NCBI GenBank assembly: GCA_963748815.1
Contig: CAVVKJ010000008.1
Span: 32,001 to 96,000 of the forward strand
From: an uncultured Gemmatimonadales bacterium
GTDB lineage: Bacteria > Gemmatimonadota > Gemmatimonadetes > Gemmatimonadales > GWC2-71-9
Length of the DNA stretch: 64,000 nucleotides
Direction: 5' to 3'
Of this stretch, positions 18,265-27,489 are shown one piece after another. The number at the start of each line of letters is the position of its first letter. The stretch's first letter is position 1. Both the position numbers and the translations under genes were made by a program. The notes beneath the pieces are model-generated. The model was not told the origin of the DNA. It was given only the letters and a program-made list of their open reading frames with translations, and searched no databases.

Positions 18265-19281
18265 GACCGCGGGGCGGGGCAGGGCCCCCGCGAGCCGGTC
18301 CGCTGGGCTCCTCACGCCACGGCCCCCCTTCAACAGCACATGGGTGTAGATCATCGTCGTACTGACGTCCCGGTGGCCCAACAACTCTTGGACTGTCCGG
18401 ATGTCCGAACCCGATTCCAGGAGGTGAGTGGCGAACGAGTGCCGAAAGGTATGGCAACTCGCCTTCTTCCCCACCCCCGACGCCCGGACCGCCTCGGCCA
18501 CGGCCCGCTGCACCGCGGAGGGATGGAGGTGGTGCCGGCGCAGCTCCCCGGTGGATGGATCGGCGTACTGCTGCCGAGCCGGGAAGATCCACTGCCAGGG
18601 CCAGCTTCGGTCCGCCCTCGGGTACTTCTGCGCCAGCGCCCCCGGCAGAACGACCGAGCCGGTCCCCATTCGCAACGCGTTGTCATGCAATGTTTTGACT
18701 CGGGTCAGATGGTCGGCGAGCAGACCCGCCGCCGATTCCGGTAACACCGTCAGCCGGTCCTTCTGCCCTTTCCCCCTCCGGATCCTGATCTCGTATCGCA
18801 CCAGATCCACGTCCTTCACCCGCAACTCCAGGCACTCCATCAGCCGCATGCCGCTCCCATACAACAGCAGCCCGATGAGATGATAGACCCCCCGTAGTTC
18901 CGCCAGGACCCGCACCACCTCCGACACATCCAGCACCACCGGGATTCGCGTCGGCCCCCTCGCCCTCGGCACCAGGTTCCCCAGCCGGAGCGGCCGCCCC
19001 AGCACCTCCCGGTACAGAAAGACCAGCGCGGCCTGCGCCTGCACCTGTGTCGAAATCGCAACCCGCCGCTCCTCGGCGAGCCAGGTCAGGAACGCCGCCA
19101 CCTCCCGCTCCCCCATCTCCGCAGGGTTCCGCAGCCGATGGAATCGCACGAATCGAATCACCCATCCCCGATATGCCTGCGCCGTCCGCAGGCTATACCG
19201 GCCCAGGCGCAGCTTAGACTGCAGTCTCTGCAGTAGTCCCGTATTCGACTGCGACTCTCGGCCCGGATTGGAAACAGTCAT
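18253..19281 (-). CDS. intI: Integron integrase
   Basis: LLYGSGMR; HTFRHSFATHLLESGSDIRTVQELLGH..VSTTMIYTHV; integron-specific insertion LPGALAQKYP...WPWQWIFPA...RRHHLH. Confidence 0.98.
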   Translation of the reverse strand: MTVSNPGRESQSNTGLLQRLQSKLRLGRYSLRTAQAYRGWVIRFVRFHRLRNPAEMGEREVAAFLTWLAEERRVAISTQVQAQAALVFLYREVLGRPLRLGNLVPRARGPTRIPVVLDVSEVVRVLAELRGVYHLIGLLLYGSGMRLMECLELRVKDVDLVRYEIRIRRGKGQKDRLTVLPESAAGLLADHLTRVKTLHDNALRMGTGSVVLPGALAQKYPRADRSWPWQWIFPARQQYADPSTGELRRHHLHPSAVQRAVAEAVRASGVGKKASCHTFRHSFATHLLESGSDIRTVQELLGHRDVSTTMIYTHVLLKGGRGVRSPADRLAGALPRPAVFPD

Positions 19282-19348
19282 CCCCCACCCTAATGGCTGG
19301 GGGATACATGCCCGTCACCGAAAAAGCGCGCGACACCCTCCAGACGTT

Positions 19349-19450
19349 CCCCCTCTCCACATGGTGGAGAGGGGGACAGGGGGTGAGGCGGATGAAGGGT
19401 GGGGAAGCAGGACTACAAACATGGACCCCGGCTTTCGCCGGGGTGACGGC
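19349..19450. repeat. REP-like palindromes (two families)
   Basis: CCCCTCTCC-N-GGAGAGGGG..GGGGGTGAGG (also about 20010-20049 and 39704-39743) and TGGACCCCGGCTTTCGCCGGGGTGAC. Confidence 0.8.
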
Positions 19451-19675
19451 CAAGGCGTCGCTTCAGCGACATCAGCCGAGCCGCGGCTTGAGCCACGACT
19501 CCGGGCCCCAGCGCCCCCGTCCGCAACGCACTCAATCATCCGATTGTCAATCTTGCGAGCGATTGTCCGGGTCGTGCGGCGGGATACGTTTCCGCTGTAA
19601 AGCAAGCACGCTCCGTGCGCTCGTTTCGGCTGTGCCGTTCTTTGTCAGGGCCCCCCAGGGCCCGAGGAGTTCCGT

Positions 19676-19993
19676 ATGTCGTTCCGGTCTGTTGTCTCCC
19701 TCGCCGCCATGCTGAGCATCGTCCCGCTCGCCCTGGCCGCCCAACAGTCCGTCGCCCCGGTCGGTGCGCCCGCAGCCGTGGAAGCTCCAGTATCCACTCC
19801 CGCCGTCGTCACCCCGGGCCCGTCGGTGCCGCAGCCGCAGTACTCGCCCCTCTTCCAGGTCGGCGACACCACATCCATGCAGACGTCGCTCGACAACGCG
19901 AGCATGGCGTCGGGCGGCTCCAATCATACCATCGTGATCTCGACCCTGGTCCTGGTGCTCGCCGTCGTGATCCTGGTACTGCTGATCTCTTGA
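19676..19993 (+). CDS. Small secreted protein with C-terminal membrane anchor
   Basis: GAGGAG RBS, signal peptide, hydrophobic tail. Confidence 0.75.
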   Translation: MSFRSVVSLAAMLSIVPLALAAQQSVAPVGAPAAVEAPVSTPAVVTPGPSVPQPQYSPLFQVGDTTSMQTSLDNASMASGGSNHTIVISTLVLVLAVVILVLLIS

Positions 19994-20009
19994 TCGGAGG
20001 CGTGGCGTC

Positions 20010-20242
20010 CCCCCTCTCCATATCATGGAGAGGGGGACAGGGGGTGAGGTGAGACAGCGGGGAAGGAAGAGAAACACGGAAGCACGGAATGAAAAAGAAG
20101 CGCGGAGGTCCCTCCGCGCTTCCTTCATTTCCGCGTTTCCCGCGTGTCGTGCGCCAATCCACTGGACCCCCGCTTTCGCGGGGGTGACGGCCAATTCAAC
20201 TTCGGCCCCGCTGCCCCGCTGCCCCGCTGCCCCGCTGCCCCG
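20010..20242. repeat. Cluster of REP-like palindromes and (GCTGCCCC)n octamers
   Basis: Both REP families, a long imperfect hairpin at about 20075-20140, and tandem octamers. Confidence 0.75.
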
Positions 20243-20249
20243 CCGACGC

Positions 20250-22289
20250 CTACGGAGTCACCGGCCTCGGCTCCAGCTGCGCCGCCCAGAGCCCGCTGTT
20301 GAAGTCGGTAAAGAGGATGTACCCCTTCCACGGCATCGCGTTCATCACGAACGCCGCGTTCGCCGTGTAGCCGTCCGGATCAAACGGCTTGTACACCGCG
20401 ATCTCCCGGCGCTGGTCCGCCAGGTTCCCCACCAGCTCGCCGCTCACGTCCACCACCCGGAGCCCGCCGTCATAGTACGCCTGGTACATGACGTCGTCCT
20501 CGACGATGATGTCGTGCGAGCCGAACTCCTCCTGGTGGTACTTGGCGATGTTCTGCGGATGCCTGGGGTCGGTGAAGTCGACGATGTGCGTGTAGCCCGC
20601 CGCCGTCTGCGGCGGCCCCCCCTTGGCGTTGAGGTTGTTGAGGTAGCTGGTCCCCTCCCACGCCTTCCCCTGGCGCGACATCACCTCGTCCCCCAGGAAG
20701 AGGTACACCTTGCCGGTCGATGCCTGCACATACGGATAGATCTCGTGCGTCGCCCCGCTGGTGGTCTTGTAGGTGCCGATCAGCACCGGCTTCTCGATCG
20801 TGCCGCCGTACGCGCCGTTCCCCACATCCACCGCCACCACGCCCGTCCCCCACTCGGAGGAGTAGGCGATCCCGTTCCGCACCCAGACGTCGTGGACCCG
20901 GCTGTCGGGATGGTCGTATTCGCTGACGTACTTCGGGTGGTAGATGTCGCGCACGTCCACGATGACGTACTTGTCACCCCCCGAAATCGCGAAGAGATAG
21001 TCGTTCATCGCGTAGATGTTGTGCACCCCGCCGGTCAGCTGCTCCGAGAACGTCGCCGACACCGTCGGGTGCGCCGGCGTCGCGAGGTCGAGGAGCACGA
21101 TGCCGTTCACCCGGTTCGACGCCCCCTCCCGCGAGAGCACCCCGTAGCGCCCGTCGGGCGACACCGTCACGTCGTTGATGGTCCGGGCGTTCACCTGGAT
21201 CGAGTCGGTCTTGACCGGGTTCGCCATGTCGGTGATGTCCATGACGTACGCCCAGCCGTCGCCGCCCCAGGTGCCGACCAGCGCATAGTCCCGCCCGTCC
21301 GCCCCCGTCCACGGCCAGAAGTCCGAGGTGTGGACATGCGTGATCGATCCCCGGCCCGCCACGTTGATGCGCCGCCGCACCTGCCTCGGCTGGACCTCCA
21401 CCACCTGCCGTGCGGACGCCGTCCCCGCCGACGCCAGCAGCGTGTACCGCCCCGGCACCTCCGCGGCGAAGAGCCCGCGATCGATGACGCCCGTCGCGCC
21501 CGGCGCCGCCACCGTGTCGTCCGGCGTGTACAGGTAGCTCCAGGTGATCGGCACGTCCGGCACGACGCTGCCGTTGGCGCGCGTCGCCCTGGCCGTCAGG
21601 TGCAGCACGTCCCCGGTCCGCACCGTCGTCTGCGCCAGCTGAATCGCCAGGTGGGTGACGGGGTTCGGCACGACCGTGTAGGTGAGCAGCTCGGTGACGC
21701 CATCGGCGGTCGCCGAGATCGTCGCCTTCCCCTTGGCCTGGCCGGTGACGTTGCCGAAGCGGTCCACGCTCGCCACCGCCTCGTTGGAGCTGCTCCACCG
21801 CCAGGCGACCGCGCCCGAGGGACGCGTCGATCCGTCGGCGTGCAACGCCTCCGCCTGGTGCGCCAGCGTGACGCCGACATACAGCGTGCCCGTTTCGGGG
21901 AGGATCACGACCTGGGAGACCGCCGGCCAGGTCACCGTGACGGGTACGGTGATCGTGATCGACCGCACGCTGGTGTCCGCGGGCACGGTCGAGAGGACGA
22001 TCTCATACTTCCCCGCCTGGATTCCCTTCACGCCGTCCCGGGTCATCTGGATCCCACCCCGCGCGCCGCTGGCCCGGATCGAGGGATTCTCCACCACCAG
22101 CCCCTGCGCGTCGTAGGCGGTGAGCTTCACCGCGACCGTCTGGCCGGCCTGCATCGACAGGCTCGAGGGCTCCGCCACCAGCCGGGTGACGGGATGCGCC
22201 GCATCCTGCGCCGCCAGCACGGGAACGCCGCACAGGAGCGCCAGCACGCCGGCGACCCTGACGGTGCGCCCGATCGAGATTACGTTCAT
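20250..22289 (-). CDS. Secreted Ig-like (Big_2) plus LVIVD-repeat protein, copy 1
   Basis: Signal peptide; WSSSNEAVASVD..GNVTG; repeats such as YVIVDV..I..P and GLRVVDVS. Confidence 0.85.
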   Translation of the reverse strand: MNVISIGRTVRVAGVLALLCGVPVLAAQDAAHPVTRLVAEPSSLSMQAGQTVAVKLTAYDAQGLVVENPSIRASGARGGIQMTRDGVKGIQAGKYEIVLSTVPADTSVRSITITVPVTVTWPAVSQVVILPETGTLYVGVTLAHQAEALHADGSTRPSGAVAWRWSSSNEAVASVDRFGNVTGQAKGKATISATADGVTELLTYTVVPNPVTHLAIQLAQTTVRTGDVLHLTARATRANGSVVPDVPITWSYLYTPDDTVAAPGATGVIDRGLFAAEVPGRYTLLASAGTASARQVVEVQPRQVRRRINVAGRGSITHVHTSDFWPWTGADGRDYALVGTWGGDGWAYVMDITDMANPVKTDSIQVNARTINDVTVSPDGRYGVLSREGASNRVNGIVLLDLATPAHPTVSATFSEQLTGGVHNIYAMNDYLFAISGGDKYVIVDVRDIYHPKYVSEYDHPDSRVHDVWVRNGIAYSSEWGTGVVAVDVGNGAYGGTIEKPVLIGTYKTTSGATHEIYPYVQASTGKVYLFLGDEVMSRQGKAWEGTSYLNNLNAKGGPPQTAAGYTHIVDFTDPRHPQNIAKYHQEEFGSHDIIVEDDVMYQAYYDGGLRVVDVSGELVGNLADQRREIAVYKPFDPDGYTANAAFVMNAMPWKGYILFTDFNSGLWAAQLEPRPVTP

Positions 22290-22335
22290 TGAAGAGTCCC
22301 TCGGCATTGGTCTGATGAGACAAGGCGTCCTATAT

Positions 22336-23541
22336 ATGGTCCGACTCCCAGATGCCCGCAAGTCGCGCGCGCGCCTCCTCGGCGGATGCCTCGCGTGCGT
22401 CACCCTGGCCGCCCCGCTCGTCGCGCAGAAACCCGCGCCCAAGGCGCCCCCGCCCCCGGCAAACACCTACTGGGTGTACGTCGGCGCGGAGTCGGCCGAC
22501 ATCATCCAGCGGATCCGCTTCAACGCCGACGGCGCCGTCGTGGAGAAGACCACCGCCGTCGGGGAGACGCCGGTCGAGATGGAGGGTCCCCACGGCCTGG
22601 CCATTTCTCGCGACGGGAAGTGGCTCCACATGACCACCGGCCACGGCTCCCCCGACGGCAAGTACTGGCGCTACGCCCTCGGCCCCGACACCCTGGCCGG
22701 CCCCGGGCTCTTCCTCGGCTACTTCCCCGCCACCCTCGACGTCACCCCCGACGGGCTCTACGCCTTCGTCGTCAACTTCAACCTCCACGGCGCCATGATC
22801 CCCTCGTCGGTGTCGGTCGTGTACACCCCGACCAGCACCGAGGTGGCCCGGGTCACCACCTGCACCATGCCGCACGGGAGCCGGATCGACGTGACCGGCA
22901 AGTGGCAGTACTCCGCGTGCATGATGGATGACCAGGTCGTCGAGATCGACACCCGCACCTTCGCGATTGCGCGCCGGTTCAGCGTCGCGAAGAATTCCGA
23001 GGGGCCGATCGACACTGCGGCGGCGAGTGGTCATCAGCACGCGCACGCCGCCGGCCAGCCGATGCCGGCCCCCGACTGCTCGCCGACCTGGGCCCAGCCC
23101 TCCGCCAGCGGCGAGAAGATCTACGTCGCCTGCAACAAGCGGGACGAGATCGTGGAGATCGACCGGGACACGTGGGCCGTCACCCGCCGCTTTCCGACCG
23201 GTCGCGGTCCCTACAACCTGGCGGTGACGCCGGATGGCAGGCTGCTGGTGTCGTCGCTCAAGCAGGGCGGGGCGGTGCAGGTGTTCGACCTCGCCAGCGG
23301 CAGCAGCGTCATGCAGATGAAGAGCTCCACCACGGTGACCCACGGCGTCGCCGTCTCGTCCGACTCGCGCTACGCCTTCGTCAGCAGCGAAGGGGTCGGT
23401 GCCGAGCCGGGGAAGGTGGATGTGTACGACCTGGTGGCGCGCACCCGTGTGGCGTCGGTCGATGTGGGGCAGCAGGCAGGGGGGATTGCATTCTGGCGAA
23501 TGCAGGCGGGGCAGGCGGGCAGCGGGGCAGCGGGGCAGTAG
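22336..23541 (+). CDS. YncE/YVTN-like beta-propeller protein, copy 1
   Basis: GPHGLAISRDG, GPYNLAVTPDG and THGVAVS.DSRYAFVS repeats; signal peptide. Confidence 0.85.
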   Translation: MVRLPDARKSRARLLGGCLACVTLAAPLVAQKPAPKAPPPPANTYWVYVGAESADIIQRIRFNADGAVVEKTTAVGETPVEMEGPHGLAISRDGKWLHMTTGHGSPDGKYWRYALGPDTLAGPGLFLGYFPATLDVTPDGLYAFVVNFNLHGAMIPSSVSVVYTPTSTEVARVTTCTMPHGSRIDVTGKWQYSACMMDDQVVEIDTRTFAIARRFSVAKNSEGPIDTAAASGHQHAHAAGQPMPAPDCSPTWAQPSASGEKIYVACNKRDEIVEIDRDTWAVTRRFPTGRGPYNLAVTPDGRLLVSSLKQGGAVQVFDLASGSSVMQMKSSTTVTHGVAVSSDSRYAFVSSEGVGAEPGKVDVYDLVARTRVASVDVGQQAGGIAFWRMQAGQAGSGAAGQ

Positions 23542-23555
23542 CAGACCGAAAAAGA

Positions 23556-25514
23556 CGGCATCGCGTTCATCACGAACGCCGCGTTCGCCGTGTAGCCGTC
23601 CGGATCGAACGGCTTGTACACCGCGATCTCCCGGCGCTGGTCCGCCAGGTTCCCCACCAGCTCGCCGCTCACGTCCACCACCCGGAGCCCGCCGTCATAG
23701 TACGCCTGGTACATGACGTCGTCCTCGACGATGATGTCGTGCGTGCCGAACTCCTCCTGGTGGTACTTGGCGATGTTCTGCGGATGCCTGCGGGTCGGTG
23801 AAGTCGACGATGTGCGTGTAGCCCGCCGCCGTCTGCGGCGGGCCCCCCTTGGCGTTGAGGTTGTTGAGGTAGCTGGTCCCCTCCCACGCCTTCCCCTGGC
23901 GCGACATCACCTCGTCGCCCAGGAAGAGGTACACCTTGCCGGTCGACGCCTGCACATACGGATAGATCTCGTGCGTCGCCCCGCTGGTGGTCTTGTAGGT
24001 GCCGATCAGCACCGGCTTCTCGATCGTGCCGCCGTACGCGCCGTTCCCCACGTCCACCGCCACCACGCCCGTCCCCCACTCGGAGGAGTAGGCGATCCCG
24101 TTCCGCACCCAGACGTCGTGGACCCGGCTGTCGGGATGGTCGTATTCGCTGACGTACTTCGGGTGGTAGATGTCGCGGACGTCCACGATGACGTACTTGT
24201 CACCCCCCGAAATCGCGAAGAGATAGTCGTTCATCGCGTAGATGTTGTGCACCCCGCCGGTCAGCTGCTCCGAGAACGTCGCCGACACCGTCGGGTGCGC
24301 CGGCGTCGCGAGGTCGAGGAGCACGATGCCGTTCACCCGGTTCGACGCCCCCTCCCGCGAGAGCACCCCGTACGCCCGTCGGGCGACACCGTCACGTCGT
24401 TGATGGTCCGGGCGTTCACCTGGATCGAGTCGGTCTTGACCGGGTTCGCCATGTCGGTGATGTCCATGACGTACGCCCAGCCGTCGCCGCCCCAGGTGCC
24501 GACCAGCGCATAGTCCCGCCCGTCCGCCCCCGTCCACGGCCAGAAGTCCGAGGTGTGGACATGCGTGATCGATCCCCGGCCCGCCACGTTGATGCGCCGC
24601 CGCACCTGCCTCGGCTGGACCTCCACCACCTGCCGTGCGGACGCCGTCCCCGCCGACGCCAGCAGCGTGTACCGCCCCGGCACCTCCGCGGCAAAGAGCC
24701 CGCGATCGATGACGCCCGTCGCGCCCGGCGCCGCCACCGTGTCGTCCGGCGTGTACAGATAGCTCCAGGTGATCGGCACGTCCGGCACGACGCTGCCGTT
24801 GGCGCGCGTCGCCCTGGCCGTCAGGTGCAGCACGTCCCCGGTCCGCACCGTCGTCTGCGCCAGCTGAATCGCCAGGTGGGTGACGGGGTTCGGCACGACC
24901 GTGTAGGTGAGCAGCTCGGTGACGCCATCGGCGGTCGCCGAGATCGTCGCCTTCCCCTTGGCCTGGCCGGTGACGTTGCCGAAGCGGTCCACGCTCGCCA
25001 CCGCCTCGTTGGAGCTGCTCCACCGCCAGGCGACCGCGCCCGAGGGACGCGTCGATCCGTCGGCGTGCAACGCCTCCGCCTGGTGCGCCAGTGTGACGCC
25101 GACATACAGCGTGCCCGTTTCGGGGAGGATCACGACCTGGGAGACCGCCGGCCAGGTCACCGTGACGGGCACGGTGATCGTGATCGACCGCACGCTGGTG
25201 TCCGCGGGCACGGTCGAGAGGACGATCTCATACTTCCCCGCCTGGATTCCCTTCACGCCGTCCCGGGTCATCTGGATCCCACCCCGCGCGCCGCTGGCCC
25301 GGATCGAGGGATTCTCCACCACCAGCCCCTGCGCGTCGTAGGCGGTGAGCTTCACCGCGACCGTCTGGCCAGCCTGCATCGACAGGCTCGAGGGCTCCGC
25401 CACCAGCCGGGTGACGGGATGCGCCGCATCCTGCGCCGCCAGCACGGGAACGCCGTACAGGAGCGCCAGCACGCCGGCGACCCTGACGGTGCGCCCAATC
25501 GAGATTACGTTCAT
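23556..25514 (-). pseudogene. Ig-like/LVIVD protein copy 2, frameshifted and C-terminally truncated
   Basis: Indels near 24373 and 23790; lacks the terminal WKGYILF...RPVTP. Confidence 0.8.
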
Positions 25515-25560
25515 TGAAGAGTCCCTCGGCATTGGTCTGATGAGACAAGGCGTCCTATAT

Positions 25561-26766
25561 ATGGTCCGACTCCCAGATGCCCGCAAGTCGCGCGCGCGCC
25601 TCCTCGGCGGATGCCTCGCGTGCGTCACCCTGGCCGCCCCGCTCGTCGCGCAGAAACCCGCGCCCAAGGCGCCCCCGCCCCCGGCAAACACCTACTGGGT
25701 GTACGTCGGCGCGGAGTCGGCCGACATCATCCAGCGGATCCGCTTCAACGCCGACGGCGCCGTCGTGGAGAAGACCACCGCCGTCGGCGAGACGCCGGTC
25801 GAGATGGAGGGTCCCCACGGCCTGGCCATTTCTCGCGACGGGAAGTGGCTCCACATGACCACCGGCCACGGCTCCCCCGACGGCAAGTACTGGCGCTACG
25901 CCCTCGGCCCCGACACCCTGGCCAGCCCCGGGCTTTTCCTCGGCTACTTCCCCGCCACCCTCGACGTCACCCCCGACGGGCTCTACGCCTTCGTCGTCAA
26001 CTTCAACCTCCACGGCGCCATGATCCCCTCGTCGGTGTCGGTCGTGTACACCCCGACCAGCACCGAGGTGGCCCGGGTCACCACCTGCACCATGCCGCAC
26101 GGGAGCCGGATCGACGTGACCGGCAAGTGGCAGTACTCCGCGTGCATGATGGACGACCAGGTCGTCGAGATCGACACCCGCACCTTCGCGATTGCGCGCC
26201 GGTTCAGCGTCGCGAAGAATTCCGAGGGGCCGATCGACACCGCGGCGGCGAGTGGTCATCAGCACGCGCACGCCGCCGGCCAGCCGATGCCGGCCCCCGA
26301 CTGCTCGCCGACCTGGGCCCAGCCCTCCGCCAGCGGCGAGAAGATCTACGTCGCCTGCAACAAGCGGGACGAGATCGTGGAGATCGACCGGGACACGTGG
26401 GCCGTCACCCGCCGCTTTCCGACCGGTCGCGGTCCCTACAACCTGGCGGTGACGCCGGATGGCAGGCTGCTGGTGTCGTCGCTCAAGCAGGGTGGGGGGG
26501 TGCAGGTGTTCGACCTGGCCAGCGGCAGCAGCGTCATGCAGATGAAGAGCTCCACCACGGTGACCCACGGCGTCGCCGTCTCGCCCGACTCCCGCTACGC
26601 CTTCGTCAGCAGCGAGGGGGTCGGCGCCGAGCCGGGGAAGGTGGATGTGTACGACCTGGTGGCGCGCACCCGCGTGGCGTCGGTCGATGTGGGGCAGCAG
26701 GCGGGGGGGATTGCATTTTGGCGAATGCAGGCGGGGCAGGTGGGTAGCGGGGCAGCGGGGCAGTAA
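25561..26766 (+). CDS. YncE/YVTN-like beta-propeller protein, copy 2
   Basis: Near-identical to 22336-23541. Confidence 0.85.
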   Translation: MVRLPDARKSRARLLGGCLACVTLAAPLVAQKPAPKAPPPPANTYWVYVGAESADIIQRIRFNADGAVVEKTTAVGETPVEMEGPHGLAISRDGKWLHMTTGHGSPDGKYWRYALGPDTLASPGLFLGYFPATLDVTPDGLYAFVVNFNLHGAMIPSSVSVVYTPTSTEVARVTTCTMPHGSRIDVTGKWQYSACMMDDQVVEIDTRTFAIARRFSVAKNSEGPIDTAAASGHQHAHAAGQPMPAPDCSPTWAQPSASGEKIYVACNKRDEIVEIDRDTWAVTRRFPTGRGPYNLAVTPDGRLLVSSLKQGGGVQVFDLASGSSVMQMKSSTTVTHGVAVSPDSRYAFVSSEGVGAEPGKVDVYDLVARTRVASVDVGQQAGGIAFWRMQAGQVGSGAAGQ

Positions 26767-26857
26767 CTGACACGAGGGAAGGCCGGGGCTGGACCCCGGC
26801 ATTCGCCGGGGTGACGGCTTCCTCGGTGTGTCGTTTTCTACGTTCCCCCGGTCGTCG

Positions 26858-27382
26858 CTAGAACGACCAGTTGGCGATTGGGAAGAACGGGAACTGGCCG
26901 CCCTCCTTGATGATGTTGATCAAGCCGATCTGCAGGCCCTCCAGGCGCTTCGTGTAGTTGACGAAGCCCAGCTGCAGACCGTTCCAGTCCCCCGCCGTGT
27001 TCACCAGGCCGATCTGTACCCCCTGCCCCGACTTGGAGGAGGTGTACCAGCCCGTCTGCAGCCCCTCGAAGCGACCCTCCGTCACGGCACCGGCCGCGCT
27101 CTGCCATCCGCTGAAGCTGCCCTTGTTGAGCGCCACGAGCGCCCATTGGACTCCCGCCGACGGCCCGCCCGACGTGATGTTCACCAGCCCGAGATCCACG
27201 TACCGCACGGACGTGTTCACGGAATAGATGAGGTTGAGCCGCACCGCCGAGACGCCCTTGGTCTCCGGGACAATTTGCACAGGAGTGAAAAGCGATAGTT
27301 GAATCGGGCTGTCCTGGGCGGCGAGCGGCGCCGCCACGGCGGAAAGGAGTACTGCGATTGAGGCTCCGGTCACGACTCGCAT
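26858..27382 (-). CDS. Secreted or outer-membrane repeat protein (LA_2272-like)
   Basis: GVQIGLVN, GLQLGFVN and GLQIGLIN repeats; C-terminal NWSF. Confidence 0.75.
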   Translation of the reverse strand: MRVVTGASIAVLLSAVAAPLAAQDSPIQLSLFTPVQIVPETKGVSAVRLNLIYSVNTSVRYVDLGLVNITSGGPSAGVQWALVALNKGSFSGWQSAAGAVTEGRFEGLQTGWYTSSKSGQGVQIGLVNTAGDWNGLQLGFVNYTKRLEGLQIGLINIIKEGGQFPFFPIANWSF

Positions 27383-27489
27383 TCTGCCCCCGTTGGAGAG
27401 AGAGTCTGCGTACTCCCATTCCCAATTCCTGCCGAGAGCACGTCCAAATCTATCTTCCTCAGCCCCGCTGCCCTCCGCTGCCCAGTCCG

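Larger units (their letters stand above)
1..19281 (-). mobile_element. Integron: integrase, attI and cassette array of at least 23 cassettes, truncated at the left edge
   Basis: IntI-type tyrosine recombinase adjacent to 23 attC repeats that separate co-oriented short ORFs. Several cassette stop codons fall inside the R'' core (8200, 11373, 12791, 16794). Confidence 0.97.
20330..26766. repeat. About 3.2 kb tandem duplication (20330-23541 and 23556-26766)
   Basis: Near-identical sequence at an offset of about 3225 bp. Confidence 0.95.

Noticed and set aside
19282..19450. Canonical attI/Pc or a LexA box upstream of intI
   Set aside because: No cassette or attC lies on this side, and I recognised no proteobacterial-type CTGT-N8-ACAG box. 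A lineage-specific SOS box cannot be excluded.
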